Positions 19,511 to 28,424 of a stretch of 64,000 nt of DNA are shown piece by piece. Source of the stretch: a virus (lineage: Duplodnaviria > Caudoviricetes); IMG/VR virus record IMGVR_UViG_3300037507_003370, positions 96,001-160,000 of that record. One strand, 5' to 3'. The position numbers were made by a program, and so were the translations under genes. How positions within the stretch are numbered: position 1 is the stretch's first letter; every line of letters starts with the position of its first letter. The notes below the pieces were generated by a model. The model did not search any database and was not told where the DNA came from. It saw nothing but the letters and a program-made list of their open reading frames with translations.

Positions 19511-21182
19511 TATTTTTTGTCCTGTCATTGGCGTAATTAATAAAATCTTCTGTTTTAACAGCATCTGGATTAGCCAAAGCATATTTAGTTAAATTACGAT
19601 TCTCTATATTTTTATTTAAGAAATTAATCATATCTTCAAAATGATAAGGCTTTGTATTTGTGAATCCTTCTATGATAAATCCATAATCACTATGTTTTAA
19701 TAGGGATAGATTTCTCATATTATATATATCTTCTTCATTTAGATTATTATAGCAAACATGCTTGAAAGCATTGAAAGACTGGTTAAAGTTAGAACTTAAA
19801 TTTTTATAATCTATAGGTTTTTTATAGTAAGCATTATTAGATCCTGTCCATGATTTTTTTGTAGGTTGGAGCATTAATGAATCAAAAACAGACTCCCATA
19901 AATTAGCAGCATTATCCCAGGTGTATTTATTTTCTGTTAATTCTCTAGTTAGTTTAGATTTTTGTTGTTTTTCTTCGTTAGACATGCTAAAAAATTCGAA
20001 TAAAGTTTTAACTAAAATTCCATTATTTGGATAGCATCTAAATGCTTCTGTTTCTAATTCCTTAAAATATCTATCGGGAGGAATGCTAAAAGCATTTAAG
20101 TTTTTTATAATATCTGTCATAGCGCTATAATCAACAGATGCTAAAGGAATACCACAAGCGGCAGCTTCAACTTGTGGCATTCCAAAACCTTCACATATAG
20201 CATATTGAACATAAATATCGAATACGTTATATATTAGAGATAGTTGTTCAGACGAAACACCGTCTGTAACCGCTGGGAATACTGCACTTTTTTGTTTGCA
20301 ATATGGGCAATACTTAACTACATGATTGAAAGTATGGGCATGTATTCCACGGCATTTTTTACAAAAATATGTAAATAATACTCTTTTTGCAACTTCGTTT
20401 TCTTTTAGTAGCGCCGGTATATTCCACCCAGCATCAGGATACGTTGTATGCACATACAAGTACAAATCCTTACCATCTGCAGAATTATTTTTTTGATAAG
20501 TATTAAGTAAAATCCTAAAGCTTTGGAAAAGATCTGGTAGTAGTTTCCTTTTTTGATTACGCATTACGGTGCCAATAATACGAGCATCAGTATTAATCCC
20601 CAACTGTTTCCTAGCAAGATTTTTTTCTATGGGCTTAAATATATCTAGATCTACTCCAGGAGAAGCAGATCCGCAATATTTAATAAGGTTATTTGTTTGT
20701 TCAGATAAAACATGACCTCCCCATTCGCTATAGGACAAAACAGCATCTGCATCCATATAAACATCAAGCCATTCTTCTTGTTGTGGATAAGAGTCAACAG
20801 TTGGCATAACAGCCCATCTATAATAGGGCCTTAGTGGAGAGTATCTCTGGTATGAATTCATCCAAAAATCTCTTATATCAAAAACTATATCTGGCTTAAA
20901 GTCGTATACAACCCTATCAAATCTCCATTTACCAAAAGCATTTTCTCCAGAACTTGAATATTCTTGAAATCTTGGATCTTCTTGATTGACAGCATTTGGA
21001 TAATATCTCCATGGTATTTCCTGATCTCTTGGATCTCCAGGCATGCCATAAGATGCAAATTCTGCTATCTCATATTTGTTTTTTGCATAGAGTCTTTTAA
21101 GAATTTCTCTAGCATATACAGAATAGCCAGAACTTAAAAAGCTGGCTTCAGAACACATTAAAATTTTTGGTTTGGTTGTCAT
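19503..21182 (-). CDS. GT4-family glycosyltransferase with an inserted Zn-ribbon
   Basis: IGTVMRNQKRK, FDIYVQYAICEGFGMPQVEAAACG; CKKC...CPYC insertion; start MTTKPK at 21182. Confidence 0.85.
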   Translation of the reverse strand: MTTKPKILMCSEASFLSSGYSVYAREILKRLYAKNKYEIAEFASYGMPGDPRDQEIPWRYYPNAVNQEDPRFQEYSSSGENAFGKWRFDRVVYDFKPDIVFDIRDFWMNSYQRYSPLRPYYRWAVMPTVDSYPQQEEWLDVYMDADAVLSYSEWGGHVLSEQTNNLIKYCGSASPGVDLDIFKPIEKNLARKQLGINTDARIIGTVMRNQKRKLLPDLFQSFRILLNTYQKNNSADGKDLYLYVHTTYPDAGWNIPALLKENEVAKRVLFTYFCKKCRGIHAHTFNHVVKYCPYCKQKSAVFPAVTDGVSSEQLSLIYNVFDIYVQYAICEGFGMPQVEAAACGIPLASVDYSAMTDIIKNLNAFSIPPDRYFKELETEAFRCYPNNGILVKTLFEFFSMSNEEKQQKSKLTRELTENKYTWDNAANLWESVFDSLMLQPTKKSWTGSNNAYYKKPIDYKNLSSNFNQSFNAFKHVCYNNLNEEDIYNMRNLSLLKHSDYGFIIEGFTNTKPYHFEDMINFLNKNIENRNLTKYALANPDAVKTEDFINYANDRTKNNV

Positions 21183-21209
21183 AGATAGAATTTTTATTTT
21201 AGTAAACAA

Positions 21210-21238
21210 TATGGTCCACGCTCTTAACATGGACCATA
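21210..21238 (-). terminator. Hairpin downstream of ssb, putative intrinsic terminator/attenuator
   Basis: Minus strand TATGGTCCAT-GTTAAGAGC-GTGGACCATA followed by TTGTTT. Confidence 0.55.
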
Positions 21239-21251
21239 CTGCTTACATTAT

Positions 21252-21620
21252 TCAGAAACTAACGGCTTCTGCTTGTTCTGATGGCTTCTTAGAAACTTTC
21301 GTTATCTTGGAAAAATTATTTACTCTAACCTTAAGAGTATTGTGCTTAACTCCATCCTTTTCCCAAGCATCGTTTCTTAGAGTGCCTTCTACTAATACTA
21401 AGTCGCCCTTTTTAAACGACGAAGCAATAATTTCTGCCCCACTATCCCAAGCTTCGCAAGAAATAAATGAGGTAATCTTATCCTTATTGCCATTTGCCCT
21501 ACTAAATTCCTTTGAAACAGCAACTGTAAAATTAACTACAGATGTCTGCTTATCTCCAGACCCTACTGTTCTAATCTCAGGATCTCTAGTTAGATTACCA
21601 CGCAAAATTACAAGATTCAT
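21252..21620 (-). CDS. ssb: Single-stranded DNA-binding protein
   Basis: MNLVILRGNLTRDPEIR, FISCEAW, KKGDLVLVEGTLR, acidic tail ending in F; AAGGAG SD. Confidence 0.95.
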   Translation of the reverse strand: MNLVILRGNLTRDPEIRTVGSGDKQTSVVNFTVAVSKEFSRANGNKDKITSFISCEAWDSGAEIIASSFKKGDLVLVEGTLRNDAWEKDGVKHNTLKVRVNNFSKITKVSKKPSEQAEAVSF

Positions 21621-21657
21621 AATCAATCTCCTTTTAAAGGGTCAAAAACTCTATACT

Positions 21658-21685
21658 ATTGTATCAGATGACACGAGTGTGTCAA
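21658..21685 (-). promoter_or_regulatory. Sigma70-type promoter for ssb overlapped by the palindrome TGACAC-N4-GTGTCA
   Basis: TTGACA-N16-TACAAT with TG extension; inverted repeat at 21669-21684. Confidence 0.7.
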
Positions 21686-23292
21686 GTACTCGGCTCAAAA
21701 CATTTTTCTACAACGAATCCTTCACGACCATTTGTCAATTTATTGCCAATAAATACTAAAACTCTTTCTTCTTTTACTATATCAGAATACTTTTCATATT
21801 GTTCTGGAAATAGTATAACAGAATCAACCGTACCTGTTCCATCAAAGATTTCGATAAAGGACATTTCTGCTCCTTTATTTTTTCCTGTTTTAGTTTTGAC
21901 AATATTAACTCTGCCAATTTCTCCAATAATGGCTATTTTTTTACTATGGATACTATTTTTATAATCTTTACAGGTTACAATATTAAAATTACTCATATCA
22001 TAACAATCTGTTTTACTATAAGATATAGTTGTGCCAAGATAAAAAGACTCCATCTCTGTTATCCACTCCATAGTATCTTCTAAGCTATATGGAGGATTAA
22101 CTAAGCTTTTAATATATCCTTCTATAATAGTTTTTCTATTTTTGTTAATTTTATGGTTATTTAATAAAAAGGTTAATATAGATTCTAGTGTAGTAAACTT
22201 TTCGAATTCACAATTTTTTTCTATAAATTCGCATTCTTTTTTAGTTAAGTTAGTAATTATATCAAGATAAAATAACATTTCTTTTCTTGTTGATTTGAAC
22301 TCATCTAAACATCCACATGAAACTATAGCCTTTGCGGCCGAAATATTTATACGATTTAATAACAAGAATGCAACAGAAAACTTATTGGTGAATATATTTT
22401 TATCACATTTAGTTAGATTGTCCTGAATGCTGTTATAGACCGAATCTCCAACACCTTTAATATTAGTAATTCCAAAATATATTATATCATTAATTAATGA
22501 AAAGTCTTTCTTTGCGATAGATAAGTTTGGTATTCTAATATCTATATCCATTTCTATAGCATTTCTAACTAATTCTTTGATTTCCTGTTGAGGATCTATT
22601 TTATCTTTTGCAAACTTTAAATAAGATGTGAAAAATATTTTTGGAAAATGAGCCTTCGCATATGCTGATAAAAAACCATTAATAGCATAGCTTACAGCAT
22701 GGCTTTTATTAAAAGAATATCTTTGAGATTTTTCTATCCATCCAAATATTTGATCAGCTTCTTCTGAATTAACTATGTTATCTTTTATGCATCCTGATAA
22801 GAAGATTTTCTTAATTTTTGCCATTTCTTCTGGCTTTTTCTTTCCTATCGCTTTTCTTAACATGTCTGCTTCTTTGAGATCAAATCCGGCTATCGCTCTA
22901 GCTATTTGCATAGCTTGTTCTTGATAAATCATTTCGCCATAAGTGGATTTTAGAGAATCTTCTAATGCTGGATGGAAGTAATCTACGCTTTCCTTACCAT
23001 TTTTCTTATCTATAAAATGATCAGAAACGCTTTTATTATCTCTAATAGCCTCAAGACATCCTGGCCTCATAATACTAATTAAGGCAGACAGTTGTTCTAT
23101 ATTTTCTGGCTTCAATTTTTTGGCCATAGACTGACCAAGTCTAGATTCAAGCTGAAAACAGCCCTTAGTATTACCAGATCCAATTAATTCCCATGTCTTT
23201 TTACAGTTGAGATCGATATTTTCTGGTATAAACTTAATTCCGCTATCGTCTGCGGGGAATTTGCATCCGCATTCAAACGCAAGATACTTCAT
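21682..23292 (-). CDS. dnaE: DNA polymerase III alpha (DnaE), C-terminal half: fingers/HhH/OB
   Basis: NTKGCFQLES, LISIMRPG, TYGEMIYQEQAM, ADMLRKAIGKKK, YSFNKSHAVSYA. Confidence 0.92.
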   Translation of the reverse strand: MKYLAFECGCKFPADDSGIKFIPENIDLNCKKTWELIGSGNTKGCFQLESRLGQSMAKKLKPENIEQLSALISIMRPGCLEAIRDNKSVSDHFIDKKNGKESVDYFHPALEDSLKSTYGEMIYQEQAMQIARAIAGFDLKEADMLRKAIGKKKPEEMAKIKKIFLSGCIKDNIVNSEEADQIFGWIEKSQRYSFNKSHAVSYAINGFLSAYAKAHFPKIFFTSYLKFAKDKIDPQQEIKELVRNAIEMDIDIRIPNLSIAKKDFSLINDIIYFGITNIKGVGDSVYNSIQDNLTKCDKNIFTNKFSVAFLLLNRINISAAKAIVSCGCLDEFKSTRKEMLFYLDIITNLTKKECEFIEKNCEFEKFTTLESILTFLLNNHKINKNRKTIIEGYIKSLVNPPYSLEDTMEWITEMESFYLGTTISYSKTDCYDMSNFNIVTCKDYKNSIHSKKIAIIGEIGRVNIVKTKTGKNKGAEMSFIEIFDGTGTVDSVILFPEQYEKYSDIVKEERVLVFIGNKLTNGREGFVVEKCFEPST

Positions 23293-23984
23293 GATTCTGT
23301 ATTTTTAAAAGACCCTTCGAATTTGATTTGCGGAGCTAGTCTTCTATGTAACTTCAAAAATCTTATCAATATTTCAGCACAATCTTTTACGTCTTTTAAA
23401 GCGTCGTGTGCTCCGTCTTTGGATATTCCAAGATATGATCGCAGATTATCCAGAGATATGCTTTTTATATCTTTATTATTTTCAAGCCAATAATAAGCTA
23501 AATTCATTATGTCTAATGTATCTCTGGGATAAAATAAGTCACACTCTCCATCTTTAGTGACATATCCAAACTTTTTTGTATATCTATCAACAATTTTAAG
23601 ATCAAATTTAAATATATTATATCCGGCAGTTACAGGAGCAGAAAACATATTTTTTTTTGTTCTATTTATATGGTAAAGCTCTAAATAGCTTTTGAACATT
23701 GACCAAGCCTGAGATTGACTAATAGAATTTTTCCATAAGTCTAAAATGTCAGATGCTTGGCATTTTTTTACTTTGGCATGAAAATCCAATATATCAGATT
23801 CTGCATAATCAAAATCTGGATTATCTTCTAACTTAGATGGTTTAACTTGGATATTAAATTCAGAGTCATCTATTATAGAAAGATCATAAGGGTCTATCAT
23901 GATTGCAGCAATTTGGACAGGACTGCATGAGGTTGGGTCTGATCCGTCGGTTTCGAAATCAAAAACGCATATTTTGTTTTTCAT
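23289..23984 (-). CDS. DEDDh 3'-5' exonuclease (DnaQ/epsilon-like)
   Basis: VFDFETDG (ExoI), AGYNIFKFD (ExoII), AHDALKDV (ExoIII). Confidence 0.9.
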   Translation of the reverse strand: MKNKICVFDFETDGSDPTSCSPVQIAAIMIDPYDLSIIDDSEFNIQVKPSKLEDNPDFDYAESDILDFHAKVKKCQASDILDLWKNSISQSQAWSMFKSYLELYHINRTKKNMFSAPVTAGYNIFKFDLKIVDRYTKKFGYVTKDGECDLFYPRDTLDIMNLAYYWLENNKDIKSISLDNLRSYLGISKDGAHDALKDVKDCAEILIRFLKLHRRLAPQIKFEGSFKNTES

Positions 23985-26359
23985 AATGTCCTAAAAGGCA
24001 TATTTTCTATAGCCGTAGAAATGTTAAAAAGATTGTTAAAATAAATAGATGGTCCAATTACTGGACCGCAGGACCAAGGTGGTATTTCATAAGGTACGCA
24101 CCCTATCTTATAGTTGAAACTGAATGGTCTGTCAAGGGTTATTTTTGTGAGCGTTTGCTCTTTTATATAGTCCATCGAAACGATATTTAAAGACGCAAAA
24201 ACCTTTTCATAACGACGTATATCTGTATCTGTCGGTAATAATTGTTTCTTAGGAATCCAATATTCAATTTTTGTTGCACCTCTTTTAAATCTTGGAACAA
24301 AATTTCCAGACATAAATAAATATCTCAGATCCGTCCTGTCTGTAAAACAAGCAATTTTTTTATATGGTAACCAATTCCATAAGCCGTTATAAGATATAAA
24401 AGGAAAATTATCAGAATATGTTGTTATAAATTGTGGAGATCTATACCATTCATCTAATGATGTTGTCTCATCTCCGGTTTTAACTACCGGAATACCGTCA
24501 GCATCTAGATATGTTTGGTTAGCTAGTTTTGAATTGATAATAGTTCTGAATTTTTTGAAAGATTCTAGTGCTATAGGATACGGATCGTTTTTGACAGAGA
24601 GGTAAAGTTCTTCTAAGTCTATTTTATAGAAACCAAAAAATTTTGTTGTTTCCTCAGGATCTGTATCAGCATCCAAAAAATATTCAATCAATTGTTTTCC
24701 GTATATGCCAAGATCAAAGCTTTCTTTTTGGGTTGTTGAATCTATGCATGACCCGGGCCATCTAATGTCGTAACGCGCATTATTGCATGGTGGAGAGCTT
24801 TTATTAGGGTCTTGCGGAGATATTTTAGAATACGGATCAATGATCATCTGGTCAAAACTTGACTTTCCTCCAGAAATATAAAATCTAATTAAGTAAGGAT
24901 CTGTAATATAGTGATTTTCTATTAAAATATTATTTTGTTCATCGCAAGGAATGCCGTTAACCCCAGGCTGAGAAAGACTATTATCTTTAATTGTATCGTC
25001 TGGTTCTGGCATTGGTTTATAAAATTTTTCATAAACCTTGTCATCTTTTTCTACTTCCCGAATGTCCTTAACTGTATCAGTATATAGATATGGTTGAGTT
25101 TTTCTATGCCAAATATATGGTTTTTGTGTTTTAGGATTAAGTTTAAAAAAGTAAACAGGAGCAGATCTATTAAATCCATTAGATCTATCTTGATTAATAG
25201 GATCTGGATTGTAGTATTGTCCTTCTAATAGAGTATATTTTTTCTTATTTAAAAAATACTTAGGGAAAATATCATTTTTAGAAAATATTTCTTTAACACT
25301 TAATTTTTGTACTTGTGTTTTGATATTAAAAAGCTGTGTCAGATCTTCATCAAAAAATAATGCATCATATAATATAACATCTAATAAATTAGTTGTTTCT
25401 GTTATCATATATAATCCTCGAAGAGACCAAGGATCTATATTTACGTCAGAAAAAAGAGTAGAACCACTATGAGAACTATACAAATAAAAATTAGTACCAT
25501 ACTGTTCTAGTGCGGTAAATCTTTTTGCAATCGTACATTCGGATGCAAATGTGCCTCTATTTTTTTCTAAAATATTAGATACTGATATAGAACCTGGAAC
25601 TTCATATAATTCTTCTTCTGGAATCACGCTTAAAAGATCTCTATATGTTGCATGAAGACACAGTGCGTTGATCCTACAGCACCCGGCGTCTTTTTGGAAA
25701 GTTCTGATTTTTTTATATAGAACCCTATCTCTGTTATTTGGCTGTACTAATGTGAACACATCTCCAATTTGAAGAGATTCGAAGGTAGTAAATTCTTGTG
25801 GAAATAAATCTCCTGACCAGTCAGCATAAAAGTAAGATCCCCCACTTAATCTACCAAGAATAGTTTTTGGGCCGGCATTAATAGTAAGCCATTTATCTGA
25901 GTTTCTATTGTTTATATACAGAGGCTCTAGCTTTCTATAAACTGTTACAGACTCATCTGCAAAGTTTTGAAAGGTTCCTATTCCATATGCTCTGTCGCTA
26001 GTAGCATATATTGTACTAAAATAGTATCCAGCATTTATTGTTGTTTTTTTAATATCAAAAGATACAGGAATATCTATTTTTTTAGGAGATGTTATAAATT
26101 TAACACTTGATGGTTCTGCAACTTGTCCTTCTATGTTCGAACCCCAAACCCAAAACGTGCCATTTTCTTTCAATGCTACAGAGTGTGTCAGACCCATCCT
26201 TGCTTGAATCCAAGGAGAGCTATCGTTAGTACTATTTGTTAAAACCTCGTACTCTTTTCCTGCCTCTACTGGTCTATTGTGACCTAGTCCTAACTGACCA
26301 TGTCCATTATCCCCATATGCATACAATTTACCTTCAACAATCTTGATAACATGAGCCAT
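23981..26359 (-). CDS. Protein with N-terminal RCC1/BLIP-II-like repeats and a long uncharacterised C-terminus
   Basis: LYAYGDNGHGQLGLG and HSVALKENGTFWVWGSNIEGQ repeats. Confidence 0.7.
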   Translation of the reverse strand: MAHVIKIVEGKLYAYGDNGHGQLGLGHNRPVEAGKEYEVLTNSTNDSSPWIQARMGLTHSVALKENGTFWVWGSNIEGQVAEPSSVKFITSPKKIDIPVSFDIKKTTINAGYYFSTIYATSDRAYGIGTFQNFADESVTVYRKLEPLYINNRNSDKWLTINAGPKTILGRLSGGSYFYADWSGDLFPQEFTTFESLQIGDVFTLVQPNNRDRVLYKKIRTFQKDAGCCRINALCLHATYRDLLSVIPEEELYEVPGSISVSNILEKNRGTFASECTIAKRFTALEQYGTNFYLYSSHSGSTLFSDVNIDPWSLRGLYMITETTNLLDVILYDALFFDEDLTQLFNIKTQVQKLSVKEIFSKNDIFPKYFLNKKKYTLLEGQYYNPDPINQDRSNGFNRSAPVYFFKLNPKTQKPYIWHRKTQPYLYTDTVKDIREVEKDDKVYEKFYKPMPEPDDTIKDNSLSQPGVNGIPCDEQNNILIENHYITDPYLIRFYISGGKSSFDQMIIDPYSKISPQDPNKSSPPCNNARYDIRWPGSCIDSTTQKESFDLGIYGKQLIEYFLDADTDPEETTKFFGFYKIDLEELYLSVKNDPYPIALESFKKFRTIINSKLANQTYLDADGIPVVKTGDETTSLDEWYRSPQFITTYSDNFPFISYNGLWNWLPYKKIACFTDRTDLRYLFMSGNFVPRFKRGATKIEYWIPKKQLLPTDTDIRRYEKVFASLNIVSMDYIKEQTLTKITLDRPFSFNYKIGCVPYEIPPWSCGPVIGPSIYFNNLFNISTAIENMPFRTL

Positions 26360-26389
26360 GGTCCTTCCTTTAATCCTTTGATTTTATTT

Positions 26390-26578
26390 TTAACTATTGA
26401 TATTTTTAATTTCTACAACAGTATCATCTGACATAAAGTTTTGTTCATTGTTGCTAACTTTGACACAATTTATTGCTCTGCAACAGGAAACTCTTACTGT
26501 CTCTGTTTTTCTGTATGTTTCTCCACCAAAAGAAAAAACAGTATTTACGACTAAGTCTCTAAAAGCAGCGGTTGACAT
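26390..26578 (-). CDS. Small hypothetical protein (62 aa) with CC motif
   Basis: Fits between dnaE-N and the RCC1 gene; FRDL..NTVF....YRK...CC..N pattern. Confidence 0.7.
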   Translation of the reverse strand: MSTAAFRDLVVNTVFSFGGETYRKTETVRVSCCRAINCVKVSNNEQNFMSDDTVVEIKNINS

Positions 26579-26582
26579 AGTT

Positions 26583-28424
26583 TTACTCCGTAGTTAATAA
26601 TGACTGAATACACATAATTTTATCTAACATACCAATACCAAGTATATCAAATTTAACAATACCCAGGGCTTCCAAATCTTGCATTTCCATACCCGCGATA
26701 TTGGTACCCGTTTTAGTATCATACACCATAGGACAAACTTCATTTAAGTTATTGGCTGAAATAGCTATTCCTGCAGCATGTTTAGATTGATTGCATTTCG
26801 TTCCTTCTAATCTAATAGCTTGTTCAAATCTTTTTGCAAACATGCCGGATATGTTATTATCTTTATCTATTTTTACCCAATCCTTGAATTTATCTGGCGT
26901 ATTTTCTAGTGCCCACATAATTATAGAAGATTCTCCTGTTTCTTCTTTCATCTCTTGGAGATCATCAGCTATTTTAGCCTCATCTGGTATATTTTTAGTA
27001 ATTTGATTCATTTCATCAAAAGACAATCCTCCATATACTCTTAGGACTTCTTTTAAGGCTCCTCGTCCTTTCATAGTATTGAATGTAATCATTTGAGAAA
27101 CTCTGTTTTCTCCATATTTATTTTTTATATAGGATATGATTTCATCTCTTTTTGTCATTGGAACGTCTATGTCTATATCTGGCATAGAAATTCTATTTTC
27201 TGTATTACGTCCAGCATTATAAAATCTTTCAAACAGAAGATCATATTGTATTGGATTGATATTTGTTATCCCTAACAAATAAGAGACTAAACATCCAGCA
27301 GCACTGCCTCTTCCTGGTCCTGGCAACCATGAATTTTCTTTTACATATTTTACTATATCTTGGATTATTAAGAAATATCCAGATAAGTTAGCCCCTTGTA
27401 AAACCTCTAGTTCTTTTTTAATTCTTTCAACATATATATTTTTGTCTGATTCTGACAATGAATTTAGATCTCTATCTCTCCAGCCGTTTCTGCATAGTTG
27501 TCTTAAATACTCGTCTTCGTTTTCTATTACTTCGGGTAGTGTTGGCTTGTCTAATATATTATAATCTTCACACATTGAATCTATTAATAGAGTATTGTCT
27601 ATTTCAGATTCTGTATGTATTTTATTCATTTCTTCTCCGGATAATATATAGTAATTATCGGATTTGAAGAAAGCTCCCAAAGGAACCGCTTCGTCATTTA
27701 AAAGCTTTTTATTTATATCTTTAAATGTAGACTTAAGATTATTGCACAATAAAACCCTCTGATCTATAGCGTCTTCTTTATTTGCATAATGAGCATCATT
27801 TGTTGCAACAACTTTGATTTTTAATTTGTTAGATAAGTCTCTTATCATATCTGTTATAACTTTTTGTTCAGGACTATACTCTAGATCCATAAGCTGAGAT
27901 TCTAGAAATAAGTTGTCTCTGCCAAAAAGATCAATAAGATTATTAGCATGAAGTTTAGCCTGATTCATGTCTTCTTGCAATAAGCAATTATGCATGGTTG
28001 ACCCCATGTGTCCTGTGATACATATGAGTCCCGAAAGATCCATATCGGAGAGGTTCTGAATTGAGATCCTAGGCTTTCTATAAAAGTAGTCTGGCCTGTT
28101 GGTCTCAGAAACTAAACGAACTAAATTTTTCCATCCTGTATGGTTTTTGGCCAATACCAACATATGTTTCAGTTGTTGATTATCTTTGTTTTTTATTTTA
28201 GCATCATATTCGGATATATATAGCTCACACCCTAATATTGGTTTAATTTTTTTGGATTTTAGTGCTTGGTAAAAAGATACGCAGCCAGAAATTGTTCCAT
28301 GGTCTGTTATAGCACAAGACTTTGCTCCTATTGATAAACATCTATTTGCTATTTGTTCTGGCTTTGATAATCCGTCCAATAAAGAATAGTGACTATGAAC
28401 ATGCAAGGGTATATAATTTTTCAT
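26583..28424 (-). CDS. dnaE: DNA polymerase III alpha (DnaE), N-terminal half: PHP, palm, thumb
   Basis: LHVHSHYSLLDG, AITDHG, ATNDAHY, GPGRGSAAG, SMPDIDID, SKHAAG, VKFDILG. Confidence 0.95.
   Translation of the reverse strand: MKNYIPLHVHSHYSLLDGLSKPEQIANRCLSIGAKSCAITDHGTISGCVSFYQALKSKKIKPILGCELYISEYDAKIKNKDNQQLKHMLVLAKNHTGWKNLVRLVSETNRPDYFYRKPRISIQNLSDMDLSGLICITGHMGSTMHNCLLQEDMNQAKLHANNLIDLFGRDNLFLESQLMDLEYSPEQKVITDMIRDLSNKLKIKVVATNDAHYANKEDAIDQRVLLCNNLKSTFKDINKKLLNDEAVPLGAFFKSDNYYILSGEEMNKIHTESEIDNTLLIDSMCEDYNILDKPTLPEVIENEDEYLRQLCRNGWRDRDLNSLSESDKNIYVERIKKELEVLQGANLSGYFLIIQDIVKYVKENSWLPGPGRGSAAGCLVSYLLGITNINPIQYDLLFERFYNAGRNTENRISMPDIDIDVPMTKRDEIISYIKNKYGENRVSQMITFNTMKGRGALKEVLRVYGGLSFDEMNQITKNIPDEAKIADDLQEMKEETGESSIIMWALENTPDKFKDWVKIDKDNNISGMFAKRFEQAIRLEGTKCNQSKHAAGIAISANNLNEVCPMVYDTKTGTNIAGMEMQDLEALGIVKFDILGIGMLDKIMCIQSLLTTE

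Noticed and set aside
21172-21759. 195-aa + strand ORF
   Set aside because: Antisense shadow of ssb and the dnaE end; no motifs or SD
23293-26582. Intein or group I/II intron explanation for the dnaE split
   Set aside because: No C/S-start or HN-C/S intein ends. The gap is filled by three coupled protein genes with no room for a ribozyme core.
26572-26600. TTGACA on the + strand as an antisense promoter
   Set aside because: It is the reverse complement of the ATGTCAA start of the 62-aa gene and lacks a good -10
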